Origin: Cirrosporium novae-zelandiae
Taxonomy: Eukaryota
Length of the DNA stretch: 64,000 bases
Reading direction: 5' to 3'
Assembly (NCBI GenBank): GCA_026023565.1
Contig: JAPETS010000049.1
Location: 1 to 64,000 of the forward strand
Position numbers and translations under genes: made by a program. Below, piece after piece: positions 35,956 through 49,048 of the stretch (its first letter is position 1; each line of letters opens with the position of its first letter). The notes beneath the pieces are model-generated. The model searched no databases and had not been told where the DNA came from. It saw only the letters and a list, made by a program, of their open reading frames with translations.

Positions 35956-37360
35956 CTACTTCCTCGCCAAAACCCCCGCAATCCTCAACCCCAAATCCAG
36001 CACCACCAGCTCCTCATCCGCCCCATCAACAAGCCTCTTATCAGCCTCCGAAAACAGCGGCAGAATCCCCACCTTCTGTTTCCCAACCATAGTTTCCCCT
36101 TCCTCCCCGAATATCAGCGCTTCGTATAGCTGCGACACTATCTGCATAGCGCTCCAGCCGTCGGCGATCATTTCGGATACGGTTTTGGAGACGGAGGTGT
36201 AGGTGCGGCCGGGGGAGGGGGGGTTGCTGGGTTGGAGGGAAGTTATTAGGGCGGCTATGGTGGAGGGGGGGACGACGCCGGCGATTTCGGAGATTATTTG
36301 GGGGGTTATGGTGGGGGTTGTGTTTGTGTTTGTGGGATCAATGTCCATGGTGTCGGCGCCGTTGGTTTCTGCATCTTCGTCGTCTTCGTCGTCGACGATG
36401 GCTCGCTTTTTTTCTTTTCGGCTTTTTTTGCTGCTATTTTGTGGGGGGGCGGGTGCCGGGTTAGGGGTTGTGGAGCTGACCAGGCGCGTTGCGCTTTGTA
36501 GGAATGTGATTGCTTTTCTTAGATCGCCGTCGCTGCTTTTGATCAGCACGGGGATGACACCGTCTTCCAGCTTCACGTTCTCGGCTTCGGCGATGGCGCT
36601 TAATCGCTTCGCTGCGTTGCCCCCGTCCAGGCTCTTGAATCGAAATTTGCTGCACCGACTTGCCAGGGGGTCAATGATTCTCGTGACGTAATTGCATATC
36701 AAGCAAAACCTGGTGATTTTTGAATACGTCTCCATGGTTCTCCGCAGCGCGGCCTGCGCATCCTGGGTCATGCTGTCTGCCTCGTCCAGGATGATGATCT
36801 TGAATGGCGGACATGGATACTTTTCTCTGTATTCTTTGGAGTTGGGGACGTGGGAGATTGTTTGTCGGGCAAAGTCTTTGATTTTGGACCGGACAATCGA
36901 GATGCCGCGTTCGTCGGAGGCGTTGAGCTCGAGGACGCGGGAGGGGAATAATTGCGGGCCGAAGAGGGAGTGGGAGAGGGCGAGGACGGTGGATGTTTTA
37001 CCCGTGCCTGGGGGGCCGTAGAAAAGCATGTGGGGGAGCTGGATGGATCAGCTCGGTGAGTTTGGGAAAGCGGGATTTCGGGGTCAGAGGAAAATGTTGC
37101 CTACATTGGAAGCTTGGAGAGTCCGTTCTAAGACGGTGGTTGTATGGTCTTGAGCAGCGACATCACTGAGGGTCTTCGGTCTGCTGTGGAGAATTTCAAT
37201 ATATGATTCCGCTGTAATCATTTTGGGATAGACTTTAAACTTACTATTTTTCAACCCATGGTTGGAGACGTGTGTTATCTGCTGAGGGTGCTGCTTTGGA
37301 GGATGAGGCGTTCGCGGCTGCAGCTGCTGCCCGAGCCTTGTTGTTAAAAAAATCGGCCAT
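35956..37360 (-). CDS. RFC2: Replication factor C small subunit Rfc2, 3 exons
   Basis: QPWVEKY|RPKTLSDV, MLFYGPPGTGKTST Walker A, LELNASDERGI, IIILDEADSMTQDAQAALRRTME, SRC motif. Confidence 0.96.
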
Positions 37361-37426
37361 TAAGGTGTGCTAAACAGTGTAATTAATCGAACATGAGAAG
37401 TGGTGCGGTGGAATTGGAGATGTGTG

Positions 37427-37442
37427 ACGCGTGAAGACGCGA
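37427..37442. promoter_or_regulatory. Tandem MCB-like elements (ACGCGT, ACGCGA) upstream of RFC2
   Basis: gacgcgtgaagacgcga lies ~70 bp upstream of the RFC2 ATG. MCB boxes are typical of G1/S replication genes in ascomycetes. Confidence 0.55.
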
Positions 37443-37787
37443 AGTTAATAGACTTCTGTATTTGGAATAGCGTCATGTCGGACTTCCATGTCAATCACAT
37501 AGACTACTTGATTCTAGGGTCATCTAACATATAGACCAATGGCTCATGTCGATCTGTGATAGCTGGTCTTTAGGACCCATCTCTTTGTTTGTTTCAACTA
37601 AATCCTCCTAACCTTTCGCTTTATATACAAAATCCGGTTTTGATGATATAAAAGTGATACGTTGAAGATGCTAACCGGCTAGAGAAGGCAGAAAATGGAA
37701 GCAAAGATAGAATCTTCAAGTGCTAAATTAACTGTTCAATACTTTGAACATTCTGGCTATATGATCTGTGATTATTCTCTAGACATT

Positions 37788-39961
37788 TCAAATCTTGGCC
37801 GTCACCGTTTCTGTAGCACCCGATTTCTCGACTGGGGCGTTATCTACTCCTTCCAAGACCATCTCTGGAGTATCCAACTTTGCAACGCCCAACTTGGCAG
37901 CTTCCTTTGCTGTGAACGTGCCATAGACGTCCACTTCATCATAAGCAACATAAACACTGCAAGGAAATAGCTTGTTGAGAACGAAGAAGATGGTGCTGCT
38001 TGTGAAGAAGCCTTGAGGAAAGGAAGCAATTAGCATCCAGTTTGAAAATTTAAAGTGTTGGAAACAAAATGTCACTTACCAATTAAGAAAGCCATATAGT
38101 ACAGCTGGTACAGCCCTCTAGGACCGTTGGTATCCCCTCTTACTGTCATGATAAGCCCCCCAACTGTCGGTGCCCAGCCACAGAGCCAGGCTGGAATAAC
38201 ACGCCAATTGACCCCGTTCCAGAACCAGTATGAGCTATTCTCTGCACGATACAATTCGCTGAGCTTGATCTTACGGTGGCGGAGTAGGTAGAAATCGCAG
38301 GCCATGACACCCATAATTGGCGCGAGGAAGACGGCAAAGGAATTAAGAACAGAGACGAATGTTGCTGCACGATTTATGAGTTGCCAGGGTTGGACGACCT
38401 AAGATGAGTTAGTGGATGCTCAACTATGATACTGGGGCACAAGCTTACCCATGCTGCTACGAATGTGATCATTGCTCCCTAAGTAGCACAATAAGTCAGT
38501 TGTTATTTCTCCTCAAGAGGGCAAGAGTTGATATACTCTTCTAATATTGATATAACGTGGAAATAATCCAGCAAGATCGATACCACCGGCCACAGCATTT
38601 CCCTAGTACTAATATTAGTCCTCTATAATATCGGCTTATGTTCATTGGCTTACGCAGATATTTTCAAACATGGCCGTTAAAGCGAATCCAGCGGCCAAGA
38701 AGAATACTCCAGCCCTCGCTTTGGAAGAGCCATTTCCGGAATCCATCATAACCATCAAAAGATCAGGAGCTAAAGGTGGCGTTAGTAACAACACCGACAT
38801 CTTATTGTTTGACTGGGACTCACGATTCCAGTAAACCTCTCCATATATCTTTTGGCAAGCACTGGTTGTCACTAGCCCTATAAAGCTAACCATCACACCA
38901 GTCACCCATGCAGATAGGAGAGTACCAGCGAGATAGTGTTTTGGTCCTTTGGCATATCGACTAAAGTCAGAACTGTTCGTGATGCCCGCAGCAATTCCAC
39001 CAATCAATTGATTAATTCCTGCCATAGTCAACCAGGATGCGTTCCATCTTGTCGTAGCCGGAATCTGCTCTCCTGTCGTCCACAGCGGTCCAACACCTTT
39101 GGCTGTTGCAAGAGCCCATATCATCATACACATCATTCCAATACCACAGTAAATCGATATAAATTGGAACGGACGTTTGAATTTTTCTGGCCTAATGAGT
39201 AGAAACGGTGTGGATAGAACCCAGAACATGATGAACCCGATGAATTGATAAGTAGTGGTTGGCATGTTAGAAGGCAAGGTGTTTTTGATAGTGGCAAATG
39301 ATGGCCATATTGCTGTGACGCATACACTGTTTTGAAATGGGAAAGAATCAGCAATTGCATTCACAATATCGAGCCATCGGTTCTTGGCAGGAATTATATA
39401 AATACGCAGACTTACGCAACAAGTCTCCCACCATTCCAACCTGTCTCAAACGGTCAGGGTATTCCACTTAATAAGAGCTAGAGGGGTCTCACATTGAACA
39501 GCAGTCCAGATAAAGTTCAACAGGATTCGTTGCAGCAATGGGATATAACTCGCTCGCAAACCCCAAGTGAAACGATTCTGCACAGTGAAGCCGATGTGCC
39601 ATGTAAGACCACACCACGCAATCAATGATGAGAACAAAAATATCAAAAACCTCCCAATAACAATAATCATCATCGACTGTCCAACAGACAAGCCCTCAGC
39701 TATTGAATGTTAGCATATGGCAAAGATGTCACCTCCCAGCGAAAAATGCTCACTCAGAAAAGTGTTTGGAGACTGCCAATTGGAGATGTTCAACGAAGAA
39801 ATTGCCCAATATCCGAAATAATGGAACCATCCCCATGTTCTTCGAGAGGGTGGCAAGGGAATAAGATCACGGTTACTCCAGGAGTCTGTCTGCTCATGTT
39901 GAGCTTCATCGCCGTGGAGTTTTGCCTTATTTTTTAACTTGCGGAGACCTTCAGATGCCAT
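37788..39961 (-). CDS. NCS1-family (nucleobase:cation symporter-1, allantoin/uracil permease-like) transporter, ~9 exons
   Basis: WSNRDLIPLPPSRRTWGW, RFTWGLRASYIP, NSSDFSRYAK, NAVAGGIDLAGLFPRYINIRRG, QPWQL, YWFWNGVNWR. GT-AG introns restore the frame. Confidence 0.93.
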
Positions 39962-40064
39962 TTTGTCTGTACGGATCTGTCTGGGGATGGGCAGTTGAGG
40001 GCCCTTCTGGTTTTACATTTATTCAGCTCCCAGGCACCGCCAGTTGCAGCCATCGATAGGTAAA

Positions 40065-40294
40065 GATAAGACGGTTAAACATCGGTAGGGATCAAATGTT
40101 TACTGGATGTTGAAGATTACCAGATCGAAATACAAAATAATTGAGTCAATTGATAAATATACGCGAAGATCTTCGGAGATCCGCATGGTTGCAGTTGCAG
40201 GCAGAGGTGAAACCATTGTTAGAGCATAAGATAACAATTATTGACAAGGTTCCATTAATTATTACCGAAAGTAGTAGAATAGATAAGTCTTATC
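40065..40294. promoter_or_regulatory. Cluster of GATAA (AreA/NIT2-type) sites in the divergent NCS1/hydantoinase promoter
   Basis: GATAAG at 40065, GATAAA at 40152, GATAAC at 40230, and the inverted pair GATAAG-t-CTTATC at 40282-40294. Confidence 0.6.
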
Positions 40295-40454
40295 AGTATC
40301 CTTGACGTCGATCGGCCTTTATTTTTTTGCCGAGGACTACTCGAGTAGACTAATGTATCAAACCACACTTTCATATCAGGTTTTCATATAAGACGAGATC
40401 TCGAGGATATTTTCTCGAGGTGCCGGTATAGAACTGTAGTCGCAATTAATCAAA

Positions 40455-43400
40455 ATGGGCTCTATTACGATGAGAAACCTCCGAATAGGCGTTGATGTTG
40501 GCGGGTATGTATCTCACTATTCTCAAATGACGTAATGAGTCGCTGATAACTGGTCCAAAGTACCAATACAGATGGAGTTATTCTGGACCCTCTGAGAGCC
40601 TCAGAGCCAGACAGGGGAATTATTGCATGGTAATTTTCTGGCTAGATATTATTCATGATTTATAGATATACACTTACACCATATCCTGCCAGGCACAAAG
40701 CCCCAACTACAGGAAATCCTAGCCTTGGGATCAATAATGCCATCACGACCATGTTCAAAAGTGCGAATATAGATCCTGAAAATGTAGCTAGTGTGACCAT
40801 CGGGACCACTGTAAGCATCACAGGAGAGCCTTTATATTTTCTAGTTCCCTGTTTGCTATGAGTTGCTGAGAACTCTCCCTTGGCTCTCTTGATTGTCCTC
40901 CGAAAAATGATTGACTTGACCCCAGCATTTTGTAAATGCAGTAATAGAAATGGACCTCAATCGGCTTGCTCATGTGGCTGTGCTTCGTCTCTGCAATGAT
41001 TTCTCGAAGCATGTTCCTCCCTGCATAGACTGGCCTGAAAATATGCAGCAGTTATGCTCGTATTACGCACTAGTCAAGGGAGGCCTTGAGGGTAAGTTTG
41101 CCCTGATTATGGAGAAATCGAGGCATGCTTGCTGCACATCATGTAGATAACTTACTAATTTCTTTACCAAGTCGATGGAAATCTGATATCTGACATTGAC
41201 GAGGAAGAAATTCGACAGGAATGTAAAATTATAAAGGAAAAAGGGATCAGAAGTATCGTCATCAACGGTATATTTAGTCCGATCGACATTGTTCATAATC
41301 AAGAAGAGCGCGTGGGTAAGATTGTCAAAGAGGCCCTTCCCGAATGTGATGTCGTCCTCTCGAAAGAAGTTGCGTGAGTTTATCCATGCGATGGTCAATC
41401 CTAATATCCACTTTCTAACTTATCGTTGGTCCTTTTGTGAAGAAATCTCGGATTTATAGAAAGAGAAAACGCCGCGATTTTGAATGCATCGATTCTTCCA
41501 TTTGCTAGGAAGACTATCAAGTCGTTTCAAGAACCAGTTAGGCGCCTTGGACTCAAATGTCCGGTTTTCATCACGCAGAATGACGGCACTATACTCTCTG
41601 GGGAGATGGCATCTCGACTGCCAATTCGCACTTTTTCTAGCGGACCTACAAATAGCATGAGAGGGGCAGCGTTTCTAGTTGAGAAAGAAATAAAGGAGGC
41701 CATGATGGTTGTTGATATCGGTATGTATGGATTGTACGGATTGGCTTGAATTGGAGAATATAATAATAATCGTATAAGGGGGTACCACAACTGATGTCGG
41801 GCTATTACTGGCAAATGGATTTCCCCGTCAAGCTGCTGCTTTCAGCGAACTGTCTGGAGTTCGAATGAACTTTTCCTGTCCAGATGTCAAAAGGTATGTT
41901 AGCCCCACCTAAACTAGGAACATCTGCTTAGGTGGCGATTAGCATTGGCTTAGGTGGTGGTTCAATCGTCCGAAAGGAGGATGGGAAGATTTTGGTTGGT
42001 CCCGATAGCGTAGGATATCAAATCCAGACCAAATCGCTAGTGTTTGGGGGCAATGTCCCAACAACGACCGACTACACAGTTGCTGCAAATCCAGAAGTAG
42101 CAATTGGAGAGTACACTCGTGTACAGGGAGTCTTCAAGGAAGAAGATGTAACGGAATTTAAGAATACCGTGAAAGAAATGCTTGAAAGAGTAATTGATAC
42201 CATGAAGACTTCTCCTGATGATTTGCCGGTCCTGCTGGTGGGTGGAGGAGCAGTTATCGCACCGGATGAGTTGAAGGGAGCCAGTCGAGTACTAAAACCA
42301 AAGTGGTCAGGAGTTGCTAATGCCATTGGAGCAGCAATTGCCAGAGTAAGTGCAGTTGTCGACACAGTCAAATCTACGGATACAAAAACCACCAAGGAAC
42401 TACTAAAGGAGATATCGGAAGATGCAATCAACAGAACCGTGGAGTCCGGCGCAGTACGTGATTCAGTAAAGATCGTAGAAATGGAAACTTTACCACTTCA
42501 AGTATGTTTTTTTATGAATAGTATTGGAAGAAATGACTGACGATGGCCTTCTGGTAGTATATTGCAAATAAATCTCGATTTATTGTTAGGGCTGCTGGAG
42601 ATTTTGATTTTTCTAGAGCACATCAAGTCTCTGTCAATTTCGATGCCGAGGATGAACTATCAACGAAAATGGACGAGTACGACAAGTCCATAGTTACGCA
42701 GGACAGAACTACCAACAAGAAATCGAAGTCTAACCAGGCCGACTTTGATATTCTTTCATATAAACCAACAGTAAAAGGGAGAGAGTGGTTCATATCGGAA
42801 ACTGACCTCAAATGGATTTCAATAGGTTGTTATATTCTCGGAACTGGTGGAGGTGGGAGTCCATACTCGAGTATGTTGAGGCTCCGAGGGATTCTACGTG
42901 CAGGCGGTATTGTGCGAGTTATTAACCCAAAAGACCTGAAGGATGATGATCTGGTTGGATGTGGTGGTGGTGCGGGCTCTCCAACAGTTGGGATTGAAAA
43001 GCTTCAAGGGGATGAGTAAGTTCATTAGGTTCTCTATAAATGCCATCGACTAACTAGTGCTACAGAATGATGGAAGCCCAAAATGAAATATATGGGTTTC
43101 TGGATAAGAAACCAGATGCTATGATCGCTCTGGAAATAGGCGGAGGCAATGGTCTTCAGGGAATGATCCTTGGAGCAAGCACTAACATGAATATCCCTAC
43201 TGTAGATGGCGATTGGATGGGCCGAGCTTATCCAACGAAATGGCAGACTACTCCTATTGTGTTTGAGTCAAAAAAGACGGTATTTCTGCCATGTGTCATG
43301 TGCGATGGAAATGGCAATGTCATGGTGAGAATAGAAGATCTAGGTTACGCTGCTGAGAAGTGATGAGACTGACCCAGACACAGTTCGTAACGAAAGCTAC

Positions 43401-44140
43401 GAGCGATATGACAGTTGAGAGGGTTTGCCGTGCTAGCTTGAGCCAGTTGGGTTCTCATGTCGGATGTGCAGAAGGTCCAGTTACGGGAGGTACGTTGCAT
43501 TAGTGTTCAGGAACTTCTATCCATATTAACTGTGAGAATAGGGAATACCAAAAGATGGGTCGTAGAACACACAATATCCCTTTCATGGAGAATTGGTCGG
43601 GCAGTCGCAAAGGCAAGACAGTTCAATCGCATTGATAGTGTAGCTGAATCCATTGTTGAAGAGGTTGGAGGAAGTCAAGCAGCCAAAGTCTTGTTTAAAG
43701 GTAAAATCATTGGTGTAGAGAGGACTTTACGAATGGGGCACGTCTACGGCGAAGTCATTATCGCTGCAACAGATATTATCAATCCTTCTTCAGACGAGGC
43801 GATTGGGTTCCAAGGGAAAATTAAGATTCCATTCAAGAATGAGAACATTGCCGCCTTGAAGGTGGAGGATGATGGGAGCGAGAAGGCTCTGGCTGTGGTT
43901 CCTGACTTGATAGCTGTTATCGATGCTCAGAACGGCGAGGCCATTGGAACCCCAGAATATAGATATGGATTACTAGTCATCGTCCTTGGAATTACGGCAT
44001 CTGAGAAGTGGACATCGACAACCCGTGGCATTGAGATTGGTGGACCAAAAGCATTCGGGTTCGATCTGGAATATAAACCTCTAGGTAGGTTTCAAAAACC
44101 TATTAGTGTTATTGACGAATTTTCGGATATGAGGGCATGA
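40455..44140 (+). CDS. Hydantoinase/oxoprolinase A-like domain fused to DUF917, multi-exon
   Basis: RIGVDVGG|TNTD, IGTT|HFVNA, ERENAAILNASI, TFSSGPTNSMRGAAFL, VDIG|GTTTD, SIGLGGGS, ANAIGAA. The DUF917 part has GCYILGTGGGGSP, EIGGGNG, VDGDWMGRAYP, FKNEN and VPDLI. Confidence 0.92.
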
Positions 44141-44356
44141 GAATAGAGGGAATGAAATAATTGGAGCATCTATGGCTAAAGGGAATTGAGAGGATGTGTG
44201 TAATAGTTAGCTCTAAGTGGTTAGCTCGTTTGTTGGAAGAAAGTAAGGCCGGCACGTATCAAATATCTAGGCTTCTCTAAAGAATCCAACTTCTCCGATT
44301 GATCGTTGACCTTGGACTTCTTTTAGGTATTCATTGTACGTTGGCTTGTAGCAGCT

Positions 44357-47300
44357 ATGTCAGGTACCGAAATAATAGCTGTTGTTGGAATTATTGCCAA
44401 TTTTGTGAGCGTTGTTGATTTCACCATCAAAGCCGCAGCAAGAGTGAAACGCTTTCAGGACGATACAAAAGATATACCTGAAGACTTTCAAGATATATTT
44501 GCAGTGCTTCCTCTATTGTCTGACACACTCGAAATAATAAAAGCCCAAGTCGAATCTGGTCAGATAAACCAAACCAAATGCACCATTATTCTTCCGATCG
44601 TTAAGGGATGCGAAAAAGACGTCATCAGTTTGGAAAAAGTTCTGGGCCAAGTCATCCCCCAAGATGGTACGTCGAAATGGCGTCGAGCCCGAACGGCGCT
44701 GTCAAGTATGAACCAAGACACAAAGGTTAGGGATACACTGCAGAATTTGCGGGAAAAGATGAACGACTTGATGCGGAATCAAGTTGCAAATTTATCCCTA
44801 GGTTCAATCCCGATAATCGTAAAACCAAAAAAGTATTATATGGCGCCAATCACAACAGGAGATGATTTTGTCGGGAGAGAGAAGTATTTAAACTCTTTGG
44901 AGACTCGGCTTTGTCAGTGGGGAAAGCATTGTCGAGTTGCATTATTCGGATTGGGTGGTATTGGGTAAGATATCTTAATAAGACCTTCCATCCCGACCTG
45001 TAAAATATGGTCTGAAAGGTCATCATGATGTTAGAGTGCTAGGCTAACCTAGATACAGAAAAACTCGAATTGCATTAGAGTATGCAAATAGACTTAGACG
45101 ATATGAGGATGTGTCTGTTTTTTGGATACATGCAAGTAGCGTAGCTCGCATAGAACAGGTCTATTTCGATATTGCCGCGAAGAATGATATCCCAGGATAT
45201 CAAGACCCAAAATCCGACAAGCTTCAAATTGTGAAAGATTGGTTCCAGGGAGAACATTCTGGAAAATGGCTTTTGATTATTGACAATGCCGACGACTATG
45301 ATACCCTCTACAAAGCGCAGTCGCCTGCGTTAACCCGTATTGCTGATTACCTCCCTCGTTCAGAGAACGGATCAATATTGCTGACAACGAGGTATCGACG
45401 GGTTGCGACTACTTTTGCACGAAGAAATTGTATACCTGTTAGCCATCTGACAACTGTTGAATCTACTTTATTACTAGCTAGGATACTTGAAGAAGATGAA
45501 TCTTCTGATGGCCACGACGAGAGTTGCAAAAAACTGGCCGATACATTAGATAATATACCTTTGGCACTTGTACAGGCTGTAGCCTACATTTCCATGAATA
45601 CAATGTCCATTGAAACTTATCTGCAACTCTACGATGAGAGTGACGCTAGGAAGATCGAACTTTTAAGCGAAGACTTCGAAGACGATATAAGAGACCAAGA
45701 GTCCAAGAATCCAATTGCAACAACGTGGAACATCTCGTTTGAACATATTAGGAAATACTATACTGATGCTGCCGATATCTTATCTTTTATGAGCGTACTC
45801 CATGCACAAAATATCCCGGAAACCCTTCTTCCTAATCAATTCAATACAAAGAAATTCGAAGAAGCATTAGGCACGCTCCAGAACTTTTCGCTGGTTACAC
45901 TACGAAAGATCGAAGGGGGATATAAAGACGGGACCGATATGGCAATCCGGAAATTTCGATCATTCGACCTCCACCGGCTAGTGCGACTGGCTACACGAAA
46001 CTGGTTAAGTTCAGATGGGAAGCTGGACCTCTGGACTACAAGAGCTATCAAGAATGTTCTTCAAAATCTCCCCGATGAAGACTGGGCGATCCAACCAAAT
46101 TACCATCGGAACAAGGCTATCTTTGAGGCATATTTACCTCATATTCTTGAGCTTATATCTGGAAGCCGCTGCCAGATTCGTGATGGTACCTCTGATTCTG
46201 TTCCCACTGTCTTTCTTGATCAATCTCATACTGGGCATCAAGAAGAAAACGGCCTAGTTTGCGCTTTGTGCTACGCTGAATTGATGCGTCGGGTGGCTTG
46301 CTATTACAATGATACATTCAAATACCACTTGTCAATACCACTTGCTGAAGATGCTTTAACAATCAGTAGACATGCCGGTGATAATAGAAATGAAACTACC
46401 ATCAATTGCATCCGGACTTTTGGGGTTATTATTTCCTCTTCGCCAATTGAAATTGAATCTAAATTTTCAGGGGGTTCTAGGGTTAGATTAGGCCAAGAAC
46501 ACCTCCTCGAGGCTTTACAATACGCAAAGAAACACTATGGCGATAGACATCTAAATACCCTAAGAGCTCAGAGAGATCTAGCGAACAGATATGTCCTGAT
46601 ATGGGAGCCGATTAAAAGGCTTCTTGCATATATGGAAGTATTAAGCATTGCACAAGAGATACTTGGACAGGAGCATCCGTTCACTTTAGACATCATGGCT
46701 AATTTACCATATATCTATGGACGTCTTAAAAGGCTCAAAAAGGCTCAAAGATTTGCAGTACAAACATTAATGCTTCAAGCGAAGGTATTAGAGCCTAATC
46801 ATCCTGAAGGTTTTCATTTGCGCAGGGCTATTCGAGTTTTATATACAAAACTAATACTAGCGTATGTAAGACGAGAAAAACTAATCAAAGCGAGTCGACT
46901 ATTAGAGAATATGTTGAAAGATCAACATGAGCTTATGGACTATTATCCTAGACTCTGTTTATTTGCCGTGGAAAATCTCGCATATATATACCACTTCCAA
47001 TGTCTTGACACAAAAGCAACAGAGTTGCTATTACAGGCAGTAAAGTTGCCGACGAAGTCCAACGATGAAAAGAATCGAGTGGTGAGAAGCCTAGCGTATA
47101 CATATTTAATACAGCATGACTACAAGCAGGCTGAAAAGCAATTGCTATTTTCTCTAGGTTGGGATAAAGAACATAAATGGGAAGACTCCGAAGCGCAAAA
47201 TCTAGTGGTATTACTGGATAAGCTTGTACTCATTTGGCTGTACAAGGAGCAGAAGAGATATCAAGAGGCCACCGAGATTAGTATGCAGATTCTGAGGCAA

Positions 47301-48005
47301 CGTTGCAAAGAGTTGGGTAATGAGCATGCATCCACGCAAGATACTGAAAGCAGCCTGACTTGGGAATATTTTAGCCAGAGATCCCGACTAGAAGGCTACC
47401 TTGGTCAAGAATTTTATCTCGATAGCCTAAGCAATCATGCCCAGTTATCAAAGTTACAAATCCTCGCAGATAAACATTCAAACATCGCAGATACAGCAAA
47501 CAACCTCCTCCACGAACTAGAAACACGAAACCAGGTCGATGATGTGGTAAAAATCGGAAACTCTGTAATAGGTTTCTATGAAGAGACTCGCGGTTCCCAA
47601 GATCCCACCACACAAGATTCTATGGAAGTGGTTAAACGCTGTTATAAGGCGTGTGGCAAATCTATCGAGGACTTTGCAGATAGTCTTAGCAGAAGGCGGG
47701 CAGAATGGTTCAGGAATACCCATTCCGGTTCAAGAACATCTCTGACTTCACAAACAAGAGAGCAATTCAGGAACAGTGCGAAAAAGGACCCCGAAGATGG
47801 GTCAGAGGAAGTAAGTAATGGAGGAGAGACCGAGAGGGACCAACAAGGCGAAGCGGAGCAAGAAGCAACGAGGCAGGAACAGGAAACGGGTTCGGAAAAA
47901 GAAACATCCGACGAAGAAGAAATATTCGATGAAAGAGAAATATTCAATAAAAAAAAAATACTTCTTAAGGCACTGGTTTACTACGGAAATAAACGTACGA
48001 TCTAG
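44357..48005 (+). CDS. Fungal NLR-like STAND protein: SesA-like N-terminal helical domain, NB-ARC, degenerate TPR; 2 exons
   Basis: N-terminus MSGTEIIAVVGIIANFVSVVDF...LPLLSDTL; FVGRE; Walker A GLGGIG|KT split by intron 44965-45058; VFWIHAS; WLLIIDNADD; GSILLTTR; IPLALVQA; LHRLVR; TPR-like LGQEHPFTL and LGNEHASTQ. Confidence 0.9.
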
Positions 48006-49048
48006 CCATTCAATTCATTCATCATAGCTCAACCAAATTACACAGCCAAATATTCGCCATCCACGCCAGCCAGTTAACCAACGCCCATACCTCTTCTTAA
48101 CCTTAAAGGTTAAAGAAGTCTCTAATACTCCCTTTGAGCAAAGCAGAAATTTGATTTTCACCCTTCGGATCTTCTCGACATCTCTCTCACATCCACATCA
48201 TATTTTGATTCCTCAACACCAACAACAATAGCAACCAGCTTTTAGCACAGAGAGAGGGAGAGATAACCTCTCTTTCTATTTCAAGAATCAGGCAAAGCAA
48301 GGCAATAATCTATGTTTTGTATGCTTGCTTGCTTTCCGGCATTAGAATAACGAATATTTTGTGTTCGAGTTTGGCTGTTGCCCCATCCATCTATTCTATG
48401 CTATCTCTGATGAAAGGGGAAGAGTTTGTGGGTATGGTATGGTATCGGTAATGGTAATGGTGGAAGCAAGAGAGAGTGTGTGTGCGTGCTTCTTCTGCAT
48501 CGGTTTCGGGCATATGTCATGCTATGCCATGCCATGCCATGTGCCTAAGCAAAGAACCACTTTTTCAATTTTTCAAATGGGGGGACGGGACGGGACGGAG
48601 GATTGCTGCTGCTGCCTGCTGGGAACAACAATTACAAAACGGAACGAAACGATCGGAAGGGAAATGAATTGTTTCTTCTTGGGTAATATTATATGGTATT
48701 AATTTGTCTTTGGTTGACTCCCCTCCTCCTCCTCGGTCCCGGTTTAATGCTATGCTATGCTTATTTCCGCTAAATGCATATCAAAAAAAGGTTCGTAAAA
48801 AAAGATCGCTAAGCTGTGGTTCCTTTAAGAGAGAAAAGAGACATTATAATGTTCCTTTTTTTTTGTGAATTGTTCCCCTCCCACCCATGGCCTAATTCAA
48901 AAATTTCAACCGCCGTTAACTTGATTGCATAAAATGACAAGGTATGTATGTTTTGTTCAGAGAAGTGTCAGATGGGAATCTATCGGGCGTGATATCTTAG
49001 ACTAACTAAAATATTTTGGGCTCTAGATCCATAATGAATGACCCTCTC

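Noticed and set aside
37788..40455. Possible TPP riboswitch in the NCS1 transporter introns or 5' region
   Set aside because: The conserved TPP aptamer motifs were not found and the introns are ordinary in size.
41892..41960. Small hairpin ccacctaa...ttaggtgg in a hydantoinase intron, duplicating the adjacent exon sequence gcttaggtgg
   Set aside because: An 8-10 bp match is too short to separate from chance.
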